A stretch of DNA of 64,000 nt from Octopus sinensis (Eukaryota): positions 35,278,001 through 35,342,000 of the forward strand of contig NC_043004.1 of NCBI RefSeq assembly GCF_006345805.1. The letters run 5' to 3'. The translations under genes were made by a program, and so were the position numbers. Under the pieces are notes generated by a model. It was not told the origin of the DNA. It saw only the letters and a program-made list of their open reading frames with translations, and ran no database searches. Positions within the stretch are counted from its first letter, which is position 1, and the number at the start of each line of letters is the position of its first letter. This document shows positions 51,443 through 62,806 of the stretch, one piece after another.

Positions 51443-53591
51443 CCTTTGTCCCCATCTGGCACCCCTAACGTTTACCAATTGATACCCTAGATGGTCAGTG
51501 GCACAGAGGAAAAAAGAACCCATTAAATATTTGAAATATTCAAACAAATCTGATTTCACAAAATTGTAAAAATAAGAGTATTTCCTCGAAGTAATCCACA
51601 TAAATATCATTTGTGATGTAAGTAAACTTGAATATGATTTGTTTAAGAAAACAGAGACAAACGGATAAAAAAGAAAAAAAACGTATTATTTTCAATAGAG
51701 ACTTTTGGCTTATGTGATTTAGAAAAAAACATTTTTCTTGAAAGAAGATATAAACTTCATTTCAATAACAAAGCCAGTACATAATAAAAAAAAATCTGCT
51801 TGAGAGATCTCTGAAATTCCACCAAGTCACACATCTTCCAACTCCATCCATCTTTGTTTCTCTCGCTAGTCTCTTCTCTCTTTCTTCTTCCCTACTATAC
51901 TCCTTTTACATCTTCTCTTCTACTTATTCTCACTTATCCATCTACCTAGAATCCTTTCCTACAGTCTCTTCAATTCTCCTTCATTTTTAGGTCCTTAACC
52001 TTGCAAGTTATAAAGTGTTGTAATCCAAGCATCAGACTGTTATAACGCCCACTCTGCTATAACAGTGCCGTTAGTTACACAAGTAAGACACAATTATAGA
52101 TGACCGACACTCTCTCGACTTCCATTACAGTATTTGTAATGACTATCACATACCACTCAGCACATGGAAGAGGTGTTCCATTATCATTATCTCCATAACA
52201 TAAAGTGTTTCCCAACAGTGACGGAATGGCATGTAGCAATAAAAACAATGCCAAAAGCGAATCTGAAGGATAATGGAGACCTCTGGAAAATATCATGGTT
52301 ACCCAAATATTTGAAAAATTACTTTTTACAAATTATGAGTTTAATACAGCATCAACCAAATTATGTTAATCCAAGTGTCCTTTCATATTTATAGAGTGAT
52401 GTTAAAGAAACAGAAAACTGGATAAGAAAAATGGTTTTAATTTGCACCAACTGGACATAATTACAGAATGGCACCCCTCCGATTCCAATTTTGTTTCCAC
52501 TTAACTTTCAGAAAATTAAGAATATTTTAATAAAATTTTCTGCAAACACCTCTCGCACAGATTAAAATTATATCAGAATTTAATGGCAAAAAATGGGGAG
52601 GAGGATATTTCATGCCTCTCAGTTTTGTTCTCTTCAGAAATTTTGATGAGTTCATTAAAATTAAGTTGGAAAAAATCAATTTTAGGGACAATCTACCCTT
52701 TTCCAAAAATATTTTTGGAAGAACTCTTTCTATAAATATTATTTTCATTATTTTTCTGCAATCTTAATTTCTATCTTTTAAACAAACTCAAAAGTGGTCT
52801 GTCCTTTGTATGGTCATTTAGTATGCTAGAAATAGTAGGGATCACAGGGTTGTCAAAAGGGCTAGAGTTAGTAATTTTTTTTCAACATGCTTGTAATCAA
52901 ATCATTAAAATGATCATGAAACAGAGATATACAAAATACTCATTTCCCTCCCAATTTTTATGACATGAAATTCCTTACCCTAACCATAATCTAACGTACC
53001 TGAAAGTTAACTGTAGAAAATTTCAGTAAAACCAAAAAGATTTCCTGAAAGTTATCAGGAAATAAAATCAAGGCATGTGAATTATCCAAAGCTCTTCTCT
53101 TCGAAAGCTTTTAAGCACAAATTCCAATTTAATCTTAATTTACACTATCTGGAACAAATTTGTAGAAATTTTCATAAATAAATATCCATTTTTTAAAAAG
53201 TTATGTGGGAACAAATTTGGTGGAGCAGAGTTCTGCAGTTATACCATAAATTTACTAAATGAGTGAAATGAAATGAATAAAGAATTCAAAGAAAAATTAG
53301 ACGTAACATATCAGAAAAATTTAGGAATCAAATATGTAAATATTATTTCGTGATGAGCAGAAAACTGCTCCAATATAGGTGTATTCAATATAGGTGTCTA
53401 TCTTATTCTTTCACTTACATTAGTCATTGGATTGTGGCCAAGATGACATGCTGCCTTGGTGGAGTGGGGTTAGCTGGTCAGACCAATGCCAGTACTTATT
53501 GAAGAAGTTATTTTATTGAACTCATTTGTCAAATTGTTAAGTTGTTGGGATGTAAAGAAACTAACACCTCTTGCCAAGAAGTAAGATTACT

Positions 53592-53634
<43 letters not shown>

Positions 53635-53701
53635 CAAATTCATCAGATTCTGTCAAACTGTCCAACTCATGCTCATATGGAAAACAGATGTAAAATGGTA
53701 A

Positions 53702-53735
<34 letters not shown>

Positions 53736-54017
53736 GTCATTGTTAGCAGTTCATATATCTGGAAAAGATAATTATAAAACCCAGCCAACATAAAAGGGCA
53801 GCATGGTAATTTATTTATAAATATATATGCATATCCAAACAAATTATATCAATGATCAATTAGAGCAGACATGTCTGTTCATTGGTGTGTATGTGTGCAT
53901 GTGTGTGTGTGTGTGTGTTTTTGTGGTGTGTGTGTGTGTGTATCTAATAGTGTATATAATGAATGTCTTGTTGGGTGTATAAGTATATATGTATATGTAT
54001 ATTTTCGGTAGTGTATG

Positions 54018-54215
54018 GCATGTAAAAAGCACCCACTACACTCTCAGAGTGGTTGACGTTAGCAAGAGCATCCAAGTGTAGAAATTTTGCTGGATCAGAT
54101 TGGAGCCTGGTGCAGCCTTCTGGGTTGCCAGCCCTCAGTCAAACCCTCTGACCCATGCCAGCATGGAAAGCAGATGTCAAACAGCAACACTGACGATGAT
54201 GATAATGATGATGAT
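54018..54215 (+). mobile_element. Family A element whose (GAT)n tail abuts the RPB1 pseudogene
   Basis: ggcatgtaaaaagcacccactacactctc..ctgacgatgatgataatgatgatgat runs directly into gttggttctaattctccat. Confidence 0.8.
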
Positions 54216-54222
54216 GTTGGTT

Positions 54223-55433
54223 CTAATTCTCCATAAGCCTGTGTTTTTCATCATCAGCTGAGTTGTAAATCGGACAGGCTGGAGAAGGTTTTGGTAAACT
54301 AGGAAAATATGTAGGACTGCATGGAGAATATTTAGGACTTGTGGAGCTGTATGTAGGGCTAGTAGGAGAGTATTTGGGACTTGATCTTGGACTGGTCAGG
54401 CAATATCTGGGGCTGGTTGAGCTGAAAGTAAGACTGGTTCGTGAGTATCTAGAAGTCAAACTATACTGAGGAGACGTTGAGCTGTACTCAGGAGAAGTAA
54501 GACTGTATCTTGGTGAAGCAGGAGAATAAGTTGATGTGTGTATTTTGGACTGATGGGAGAGTATGCAGGGCTTGTAGGAGAAAATTTCAGAGAAGAAAGA
54601 GAATACTGAGAAGTAGGGGAGTAAGATGGTGATGTAGGGCTGTGTTTCAGACTGCTGGTGGGGGGAACTCAGACTGCTAGGACTATAGTTGAGGCTGGTG
54701 GGAGAGTATGAAGGACTAGTAGGAGAATAAGATGGGCTAGTTGGAGAATATGGAGGGCTGGTAGCACTGTAATTAGGAGAGGAAGGCGAGTAAATGGGGC
54801 TTGCTGGACTATAACTAGGGCTAGTCGGAGAATAAGATGGACTTATTGGGGAATAAGAAGGACTGGTTGGAGAGTTAGAAGAAGTGGGGCTGTAGCTAGG
54901 ACTAGTTGGAGATAACAAGGGGGTAGTAGGATTAAAACTAGGATTGGTAGGAGAGTATGATGTACTAGTTGGGGAGTAGGAAGGGCTGGTTGGAGAATGA
55001 GGGTGAAGTTGTGCTATAAGAAGGACAGATAGATGAGTAAGATGGTGATGTTGGGCTATAGCTTAGTGAAGATGGAGAATAGCTTGGGCTGTTTGGTGTC
55101 ATAGCTGGTGACACAGGTACATAAACAAGAGATTTAGGTAAATAACTTGGAGACAGTGCTCCAGCAGGGCTTGGAATGTAAGCACTGCCTGGCAATGACA
55201 GAGATCCACTGAGAGAAGACTAGTATGTGTTGTAGCCAGGACTGCAACCACTTTCACTTGCAGCTGATGGTGAAAAGCCAGCATCACCAAGTGTCATTCC
55301 ACTTCCAATATGAGGGGACCAAGAACCAATATAATCAGGTGTGGCATGTGTGAGCCATGGTGTCACCTGTGGTGACATTCCAGTCACAAGACTTCCACCA
55401 GATCCAAAGAACATTCCAGTGCTCACACCCATA
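54223..55433 (-). pseudogene. POLR2A: Decayed copy of the RNA polymerase II largest subunit C-terminal region (linker plus roughly 40-45 YSPTSPS-type heptads)
   Basis: The minus strand reads [61 protein letters not shown], then heptad repeats to ..[11 protein letters not shown]. This matches the RPB1 linker and CTD. There is an in-frame TAG at 55220-55222, frameshifts near 54998, 54665 and 54535, and many degenerate heptads. Confidence 0.93.
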
Positions 55434-55484
55434 CTGATGATGATAAGAAAGAAACATGAGGTCATGGAGAATTAAGACCCACAT
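55434..55484 (+). pseudogene. POLR2A: Second, oppositely oriented copy of the RPB1 extreme C-terminus and stop codon (..DDDKKET[E]VMEN*)
   Basis: ctgatgatgataagaaagaaacatgaggtcatggagaattaagacccacat aligns with the reverse complement of 54214-54256 (ctgatgatgaaaaacacaggcttatggagaattagaaccaacat). The outer 21 nt match at 18/21, including an exact atggagaatta. Confidence 0.7.
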
Positions 55485-55665
55485 ACACAACAGAAACTAT
55501 ACAAATATGTATGTACTTATACACACTGTTAGATACACACACACGCACGCACACGCACACACACACACACCAATACAGAGACATCGCTGAGAAAGAAGCA
55601 CACTCTAAAGTATTAGAGCAGCAAATTTTTAGAAAGTTAACTTTTAACTTCCTGGAACCTGGTGC

Positions 55666-55960
55666 CAGTGGTGGACTGGGTCTAAAAATATTGGTTGCCA
55701 GGAGACTAAGGAGGCCAACCTGCAACTACAGTGCTATGGTTTAATTAATTTTTTTTTTTTTTGTTAAAAGTATTTTTTTTCAACTATCTACAAACACAGC
55801 CAGGCTGAAATAATTAATGCATTCTTCCAGGAGTGAATAAAGAACTCTCAAACTTGAAGGGATGGGCGGGCCCCTTAGATACTAATATGGGCCCTCATAT
55901 ATGGATTCTAATGGCACAGGGGCCCACTTGTCATCAGGCAAGCTGACCAGTCCATCACTG
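55666..55960. mobile_element. hAT-type MITE inserted into a SINE fragment
   Basis: TIRs cagtggtggactgggtc and gaccagtccatcactg; diverged 8 bp TSD cctggtgc and cttagtgc. The flanks rejoin into a GAT-tailed SINE. Confidence 0.75.
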
Positions 55961-58900
55961 CTTAGTGCAACCCTCTGGCTTATCACGTTTAGTCAACCTG
56001 TCTAACCCATGCCAGCATGGAAGGCAAACGTTAAGTGATGATGATGATGATGATGATATATACATATAATATATATTTGTGTAAATAAGTATATACATGT
56101 ATACTTAGGTGTGCTTGAGTTCGATGACAACTACAACCTGTTTTTTTCCTCCACTTAAGATTGATAGTGTCAGAAACAAAACTTTTATGTTGAAATATAT
56201 ATCTTGAAATTCGGTCTGAGAACATATTAACTGACATATAGTAACGACACAATTACAGATGATGAGTTTAATATTTGTGAAAGCTTATATTAGTGGAGAG
56301 AAGAGAATTCAGTTGAAAAATAAACACATGCCTTCAAAAACTGTATTTAATGAAGTGAGTCAGATGTGATTTTGAAATATTTATTTACAAGTTACAGACT
56401 TATAATGTTTCAATGGCTTCAAGTTATTCACCCAAAATTTAATATTTTAAACCAGAAATGGTTCTGAATTATGTTTTATAACAAGAAATATGTTTTTATT
56501 TTTCCTTTCTATTTTTTCTGTGATGCTGGAGAATATAATTCAAATTGATAAAACCATGATATTTTCATAGATTGAAAAATGGGTAAGGAACTTAAAAATT
56601 GAAAATTCATTTTGAATTTTGGTTTTATTAAATTTCAGTTTGAAAATATTCACAGCACAGCTTTTTGTCTGCATTTTTTAGTATTTAATGCTTTTTTTTT
56701 TTTTAACATTTTGAAATTTCTAAGTCAGAATTTTCTAAGTAATATATATTTTTATCTAAAATACATCAATTTGATAGACTTAGTCAATGTGAATATCAAA
56801 ATATAACAGCATGGCCTTAGCCAGCAGAAAGAAGCAAGAGTAGGGGTAGAAGGAGTTTGGCAAACCATGGTAAAAGTTGAATCACACCTTTCTCAGTTAA
56901 AACAAAAATCTGGTAAGGACTGAGCTGCCATCTTATAAGAATCTTTTACACTACTTTTGGACTATTTTGGTATTAAGTTGCTGCAGAAGCTTTCTCAAGC
57001 TTACAAAAAGATTTCCTGCTTTTCATATCTGATAGATGTTCCCGCTTTAGGAATATTTAGTCTGTTTAGAAAATACTGGCGTCAGAAATAAATATTTCTC
57101 TGCTGATGGTTTAACGGAAAGTAATTGAAATGGAGTAGGAAGTGATTTGTCTGTTCTGATTTGTGCTGTGTGATTTTTCATATATTTCCCTATATAGTGG
57201 CATTTCGGCCATCTTTATGTTCTGAGTTCAAATGTTATTGAAGTTGGCTGTGTCTTTCACCCTTCCAGGGTCAACGAAATAAGTACCTGTGAGTACTGGA
57301 GGTTGATGAAATCGACTAATCGCGACCCCACAAAAAATTCAGGTCTTGTTAAGAAAGAATACACTGAGGTCATTATTACATGGAGCTAGCTGGAATTTGA
57401 TGAGTAGGGTTAGATGAAGCATGTTTGAAATAACCTCATTATCACAAGGTACACCAGCACATGTTGTAGCACTAACACTCTAAAAAGGGGTCAAGGCTTT
57501 GGTATTTCAATATGTGGGTTAATTTTGTTTGAAGATACCCCAATCTTGAGTGGAGAATAAAAGTGGTGCCGGTAAAACTTAGTTGCATCATTATCTTAAG
57601 AAATACAAGAACATAACTGTAGAGACCATTCAAATGGAGGAAGATCCTTCAAATGGAGGAAGGTGGCTGTAGTCTTATGTATTTTACAGAGAAGCAAAAG
57701 GCACATTATTATATTTCAGTGGTTGATGAAATGAATGAAGGTGATGAGGTACCAATGAATATCTGGAAATGTGTTTCAAGTAAAGCTGACACATACACAC
57801 TTGAATGTGTACATATTTCAGCCTCATATTTATTGTGACTGCTTCATAATACAGTGAAGAAACAAGCTTTCAGAAGTAGAAATTGAGTTTCCTATTGATG
57901 TGTCATCTACAAGTCAGAGTAAAATGGAGGTTGTGTTGACCAATAAACCTTTATCTATAGTTGAAGTTACCTAATATGGAATTATAAAAATTGAAAAGAC
58001 ATCACTATCATTTCTGGTTTGTGCTGTAATTACTGGTATATTTCAACATACTCCAAAATATGTTCCAACTTACTACAGTGTGGGCCATGTTGGAATGTTT
58101 AGAATTAGTTAACAAAAATTTCTTTACTCCGTTATTTCTCTCAGTCTCTGCTGAACGCTTCTGCTAAGTCTGTTAAACACAAATCTATCTATAAAATATA
58201 TGACAAAGTAGATTTATTAATAAGTCTTTTCAGAAAGTGTCTTCCAACTAAATCCACCTTCCTCTGTATTAAGAAGTAAATTTTCAAATGTTGAATCTAC
58301 TTCACTCATTTCATACAATTCATTGCAAAACTATTAAATGGTATTTTTTCTTTTTAACACAAGCCAGGATTACTGATTGTGGTTGTCTTGCATAATTCCG
58401 AAATTGAATGCTTCCTTCTAAAATGCATTTAACTCTATCATTGAAATTCAACTTACTTAAATAGAAAATAAGAAAATTCTTCAAGAAAAATTACTATTTT
58501 TACTATTTTAACATTTCTATGTATTACTACCTCAATATATCAGAATGGTAACTGATTAAATATTAGAAATAGTTGAATATTCTACATATTGAGAGTTAAA
58601 CTCTCAATTAAACATTTGTGAAACTGAAATTTCTTTAGACATAAATATATTATGTTTACACTAAATTTCTTTAGACATAAGTATATTATGTTTACATTTA
58701 TTGTCAGGCAAGAATAACAAACATATCATCAGAAATCAGTGGTGAAATATAAACCTCTTACAAGCTTATAAGTGAATTTTTGTTACAGAGTAAAACTAAC
58801 TTTGGGAATGAGTAACATAGGTTTCGCCGTCTCCCTATCTCAAGCCTGACCAAGTTTGTTTCTAGTCTCTAGGAATGTGTTATTCTTTTATATGGAGACA

Positions 58901-60309
58901 CGTTAAAAGCACCGTCCGAAGTGGCAGATGCCAGTGCCACCTGACTGGCATCCGTGTCAGTGACACATAAAAGCACAAACCAATCGTGGTCGTTTGCCAG
59001 CCTCTTCTGGCCCCTGTGCCGGTGGCACGTAAAAAGCACCCACTACACTCTCAGAGTGGTTGGCATTAGGAAGGGCATCCAGCTGTAGAAACACTGCCAG
59101 ATCAGACTGGAGCCTGGTGCAGCCTCCTAGCTTCCCAGACACTGGTTGAACCGTCCAACCCATGCTAACATGGAAAACGGATGTTAAATGATGATGATGA
59201 TAATGATCCTTACTTTACTAATTCATTTGGCATTACCATAACCGAAAGAATCACAAAATGTAGTTTAGCTTTCACTTTCAGCTCAAAACTTTTATGTAGT
59301 CCTGCTATCTAATTTAACCTGTCAAAGGACAAGAGATGAAAAGCAAAACAGATGTGAGATTTTAACTCTATACTCTACAGAGTATAAAAATATAGTTAAA
59401 GCAATTAACTTTCTTTGCCAGTCAAAATTACCATATTCCGACTTTCTTCAGCATTTAGCTACTGAGTAGAGCATTTGAGTTTCTGACATCTCAATTAATA
59501 GCCCATGAAACTGTTTAACATATTAAACAGACAAAAATCTTAAAATTCAGCTTGTTCAAATAAAAACCTCCCCTCAATAGAATAATAATCACTGGTTACA
59601 GGTGATAAAATTGTTACCATGATACTTTTGAAAGTAACACAGCAATTATTTTCTTACAGATGAATACATGTTGAATTCTTTGCCATAATTAGCTTTCAAT
59701 ACTATCAACAGAATCCTTTAATCCTAAGAGAAAAAAACATTTAATCCGGCTACTGAAGTTCGATTTTTGGTGATAAGGTTTGATACAAACTACAAATAGA
59801 ATTAACTTGTGTTTCTTCCGTGATTATTGAATTAGGAATTTAACATGCTTTTTAATTACTTTGCTAAATTTCAAAAGCATATAAGAGGAAAGTATGGATT
59901 GAAAAACATAGAAGAAACGACTATTGTAAGCCCAGGTGTTTATTAAATATTTTGAAATGTCTTTGCCACTTATCTAAACAATGGAAACAATGATAATTGA
60001 TAATTGCCTCGTTAGCTTTAAACGAAGGACTGAAATCTTGCTCTAAACAACTGGAGAATTTCCGAGTCTCTGGAAATAGTTAGTATGAGCAGCTGTATTA
60101 TGACATGTGTGGCATCTGTTTTGGATACATAGATGTAGTTAGTCCAATTTATCTGAGCCTGTTAATGTCTCTGCTGAGTGTTGCTCAAGAGTTCCAGATT
60201 CAGTTTCCCCTTTCTTAAGTGTTTATAGAGCTGATGTGACAACAGAGCAATCTACATCTTAAAATCATGTATCTTATTAAACACAAAGAACAAAAATATA
60301 TTCATTATA

Positions 60310-60712
60310 GGTGCAGGAGTGGCTGTGTGGTAAGTAACTTGCTTCCCAACCACATGGTTCCGGGTTCATTCCCACTGCGTGGCACCTTGGGCAAGTATCT
60401 TCTATTATAGCCTCAAGCCGACCAAAGCTTTGTGAGTGGATTTGGTTGATGGAAACTGAAGGAAGCTCATCATATATATGTATATATATATATATGTATG
60501 TGTATATATGTTTGTGTGTCTGTGTTCGTCCCCCCAACATCACTTGACGACCGCAGCTGGTGTGTTTATGTACCCATAACATAGCAGTTCGGCAAAAGAG
60601 ACCGATAGAATAAGTACTAAGCTTACAAAGAATAAGTCCTGGGGTCGATTTGCTCGACTAAAGGCGGTGCTCCAGCATGGCTGCAGTCAAATGACTGAAA
60701 CAAGTAAAAGAG
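60310..60712 (+). mobile_element. Full-length family C SINE
   Basis: ggtgcaggagtggctgtgtggtaag..caagtaaaagag. Confidence 0.85.
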
Positions 60713-60975
60713 TATCAAGTTAGAAATATGAAAATGTGTCTACTGGAAACATACACTACGCCACATGGTGGCAATTTATAACAGTTTTCCCCCAAGTCAA
60801 CCCTGGGAGTAGACTTGTGATCAAAGACAATCCAGCCATGACCTTATTTTTTATTTTTGCAGGTACAGGATAGCCTAGAGGTACATTAGAAAATATTGTT
60901 CGAGACAACCTTTTTAAATGACATATATGATACAAGAGATAATTAGTCTCTCTTTCTAGCAGGTCAAATGATCAC

Positions 60976-61153
60976 ATAAAGGCTTTCTCATTGTCCAACC
61001 GATGGTAATGTCAGTAAGAGAGAGGGCGAAAGAATAATTATCCAGAGTTAAGAACTGGTAAAGAGTTCTTAACTCTGGATAATTATTCTTTCAATTCTTT
61101 CACCCTCTCTGTTACTGACATTACCATCAGTGGGTCAATGAGAAAGTCTTTAT
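60976..61153. repeat. 178 bp fold-back palindrome with a perfect 29 bp inner stem
   Basis: The arms at 61028-61056 and 61064-61092 are perfectly complementary with a 7 nt loop. Outer pairing continues to ataaaggctttctcattg and caatgagaaagtctttat. Confidence 0.95.
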
Positions 61154-62022
61154 TAGAACATTGACAGAATAATAGAGCAATTCTTCACAGAATAATTGGG
61201 ATGTCCACTTTATACTGTTCAGATCCCCTCTGACCCATGCAAGCATGAGAAAGTAAGCATTAAGACCAATAACAATAATAATGATGGTGGTGGTGACAGT
61301 GATGGTGATGTTGAAGATGGTGTAGGAAAAGCAAAAAGGTAATAGCTTGGAACCAAATGGTCAAATTTCTTCTAATTATGCAATGTGCCTAAGAGGATTC
61401 CCACAATGAGAAAACTTTAAAATATTCTTTAAATCTACAGAAAGAATATTAGAATTATTGTCCTTAGTTCATGAAAGATATTTCCAATTTCATGGAATAA
61501 AATAATTTTGTAGTTATATTTAAACACAAAATTTTGTCATGAATATTTTGTTGGCCAAACAATAAGAGTTGGGTATTTTATGATAACTAAAATATAGTTC
61601 TAGGCTCTTAGAACTACACCATAAATGTTCCACTGTATTTTGGAAAACATTATTAATGTATATTTTAATACAATCATAAATCTATATAATTTAAGTTCCA
61701 CAATAATTTTTAATTTAATGATCAAGAAATAGTATATGGCTCACATTTCATAAATTTTGATAAAACGGTAAAAATGCAGCTGTCAATGTGTTTTAATAAA
61801 TCAATACAAAGTAAACAGTTTTTATCAACTGTTTTAAAGAATACTTGAATGCAAACCAAATGGCAATCTACAATGTTATAAGATAAAAATTCTTTACATA
61901 TTCCCATTAGACACCATTTTCAACAAATTGGCCCTAAAGTCATGTTATTTGGAAACAATAATTCTTCTAGTCACTGATTAGTCAGTTATCATTAACAGGT
62001 CAATAAACAATACTAAACAAAG

Positions 62023-62064
<42 letters not shown>

Positions 62065-62292
62065 GCATGTACACACACACACTCAAATATTTTATTTTAT
62101 ATTTTGCTCATCATAGGTGTGGTAGTGTAATTAACAAGCTTGCTTAGCAACTATGTGGTCTTGGGTTCTGTATCACTGCATACCATCTTGTACAAGTCAC
62201 TTCAATGATAGCCATGAGCTGACAAGTGCCTTGTGAGGGAAATTGGTGGACAGAAACTGAGTGAGAGCATGTTTTGTACGTGTGTGTGTGTG

Positions 62293-62411
<119 letters not shown>

Positions 62412-62424
62412 GTAGATAGATAGA

Positions 62425-62806
62425 TGGAAGCACTCCGTCGGTTACGACGATGAGGGTTCCGGTTGATCCGATCAACAGAACAGCCTGCTCGTGAAATTAA
62501 CGTGTAAGTGGCTGAGCACTCCACAGACACGTGTACCCTTAACGTAGTTCTCGGGGATATTCAGCGTGACACAGAGAGTGACAAGGCCGGCCCTTTGAAA
62601 TACAGGTACAACAGAAACAGGAAGTAAGAGTGAGAGAAAGTTGTGGTGAAAGAGTACAGCAGGGATCACCACCATCCCTGCCGGAGCCTCGTGGAGCTTT
62701 TAGGTGTTTTCGCTCAATAAACACTCACAACGCCCGGTCTGGGAATCGAAACTGCGATCCTACAACCATGAGTCCGCTGCCCTAACCACTGGGCCATTGC
62801 GCCTCC
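62425..62806 (-). mobile_element. Full-length, young tRNA-headed SINE (family B here)
   Basis: The head ggaggcgcaatggcccagtggttagggcagcggactc..gtttcgattcccagaccggg has A and B boxes, CpGs are intact, and the copy is embedded in (GATA)n. Confidence 0.85.

Noticed and set aside
54223-54918. 231 aa ORF as a functional CTD-like gene
   Set aside because: It is one frame of a frameshifted RPB1 copy, it starts at a TTG inside a heptad, and it runs out of heptad frame between about 54665 and 54535.
55434-55460. Apparent splice acceptor (tttctttcttatcatcatcag) upstream of the CTD, suggesting an exon duplication
   Set aside because: It is better explained as the reverse complement of the duplicated purine-rich RPB1 C-terminus. 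It is kept only as the alternative hypothesis.
57600-57950. ORF MEEGG..YYISVVDEMNEGDEV..FPID, loosely like pogo-type C-termini
   Set aside because: The similarity is too weak to assign, and it is not RPB1-related.
58627-58696. Short local tandem duplications (36 bp here, ~47 bp at 35095-35183, 19 bp at about 57629-57662)
   Set aside because: Two-copy slippage duplications with no spacer structure, so they are neither CRISPR-like nor otherwise informative.
58805-58850. Minus-strand ..gggagacggcgaaacc resembling a hammerhead end
   Set aside because: There is no CUGANGA box.
62735-62806. tRNA-like sequences at SINE heads (also 8646, 32950, 51066, 60310)
   Set aside because: They have A and B boxes but no complete cloverleaf and continue into SINE bodies, so they are not tRNA genes.
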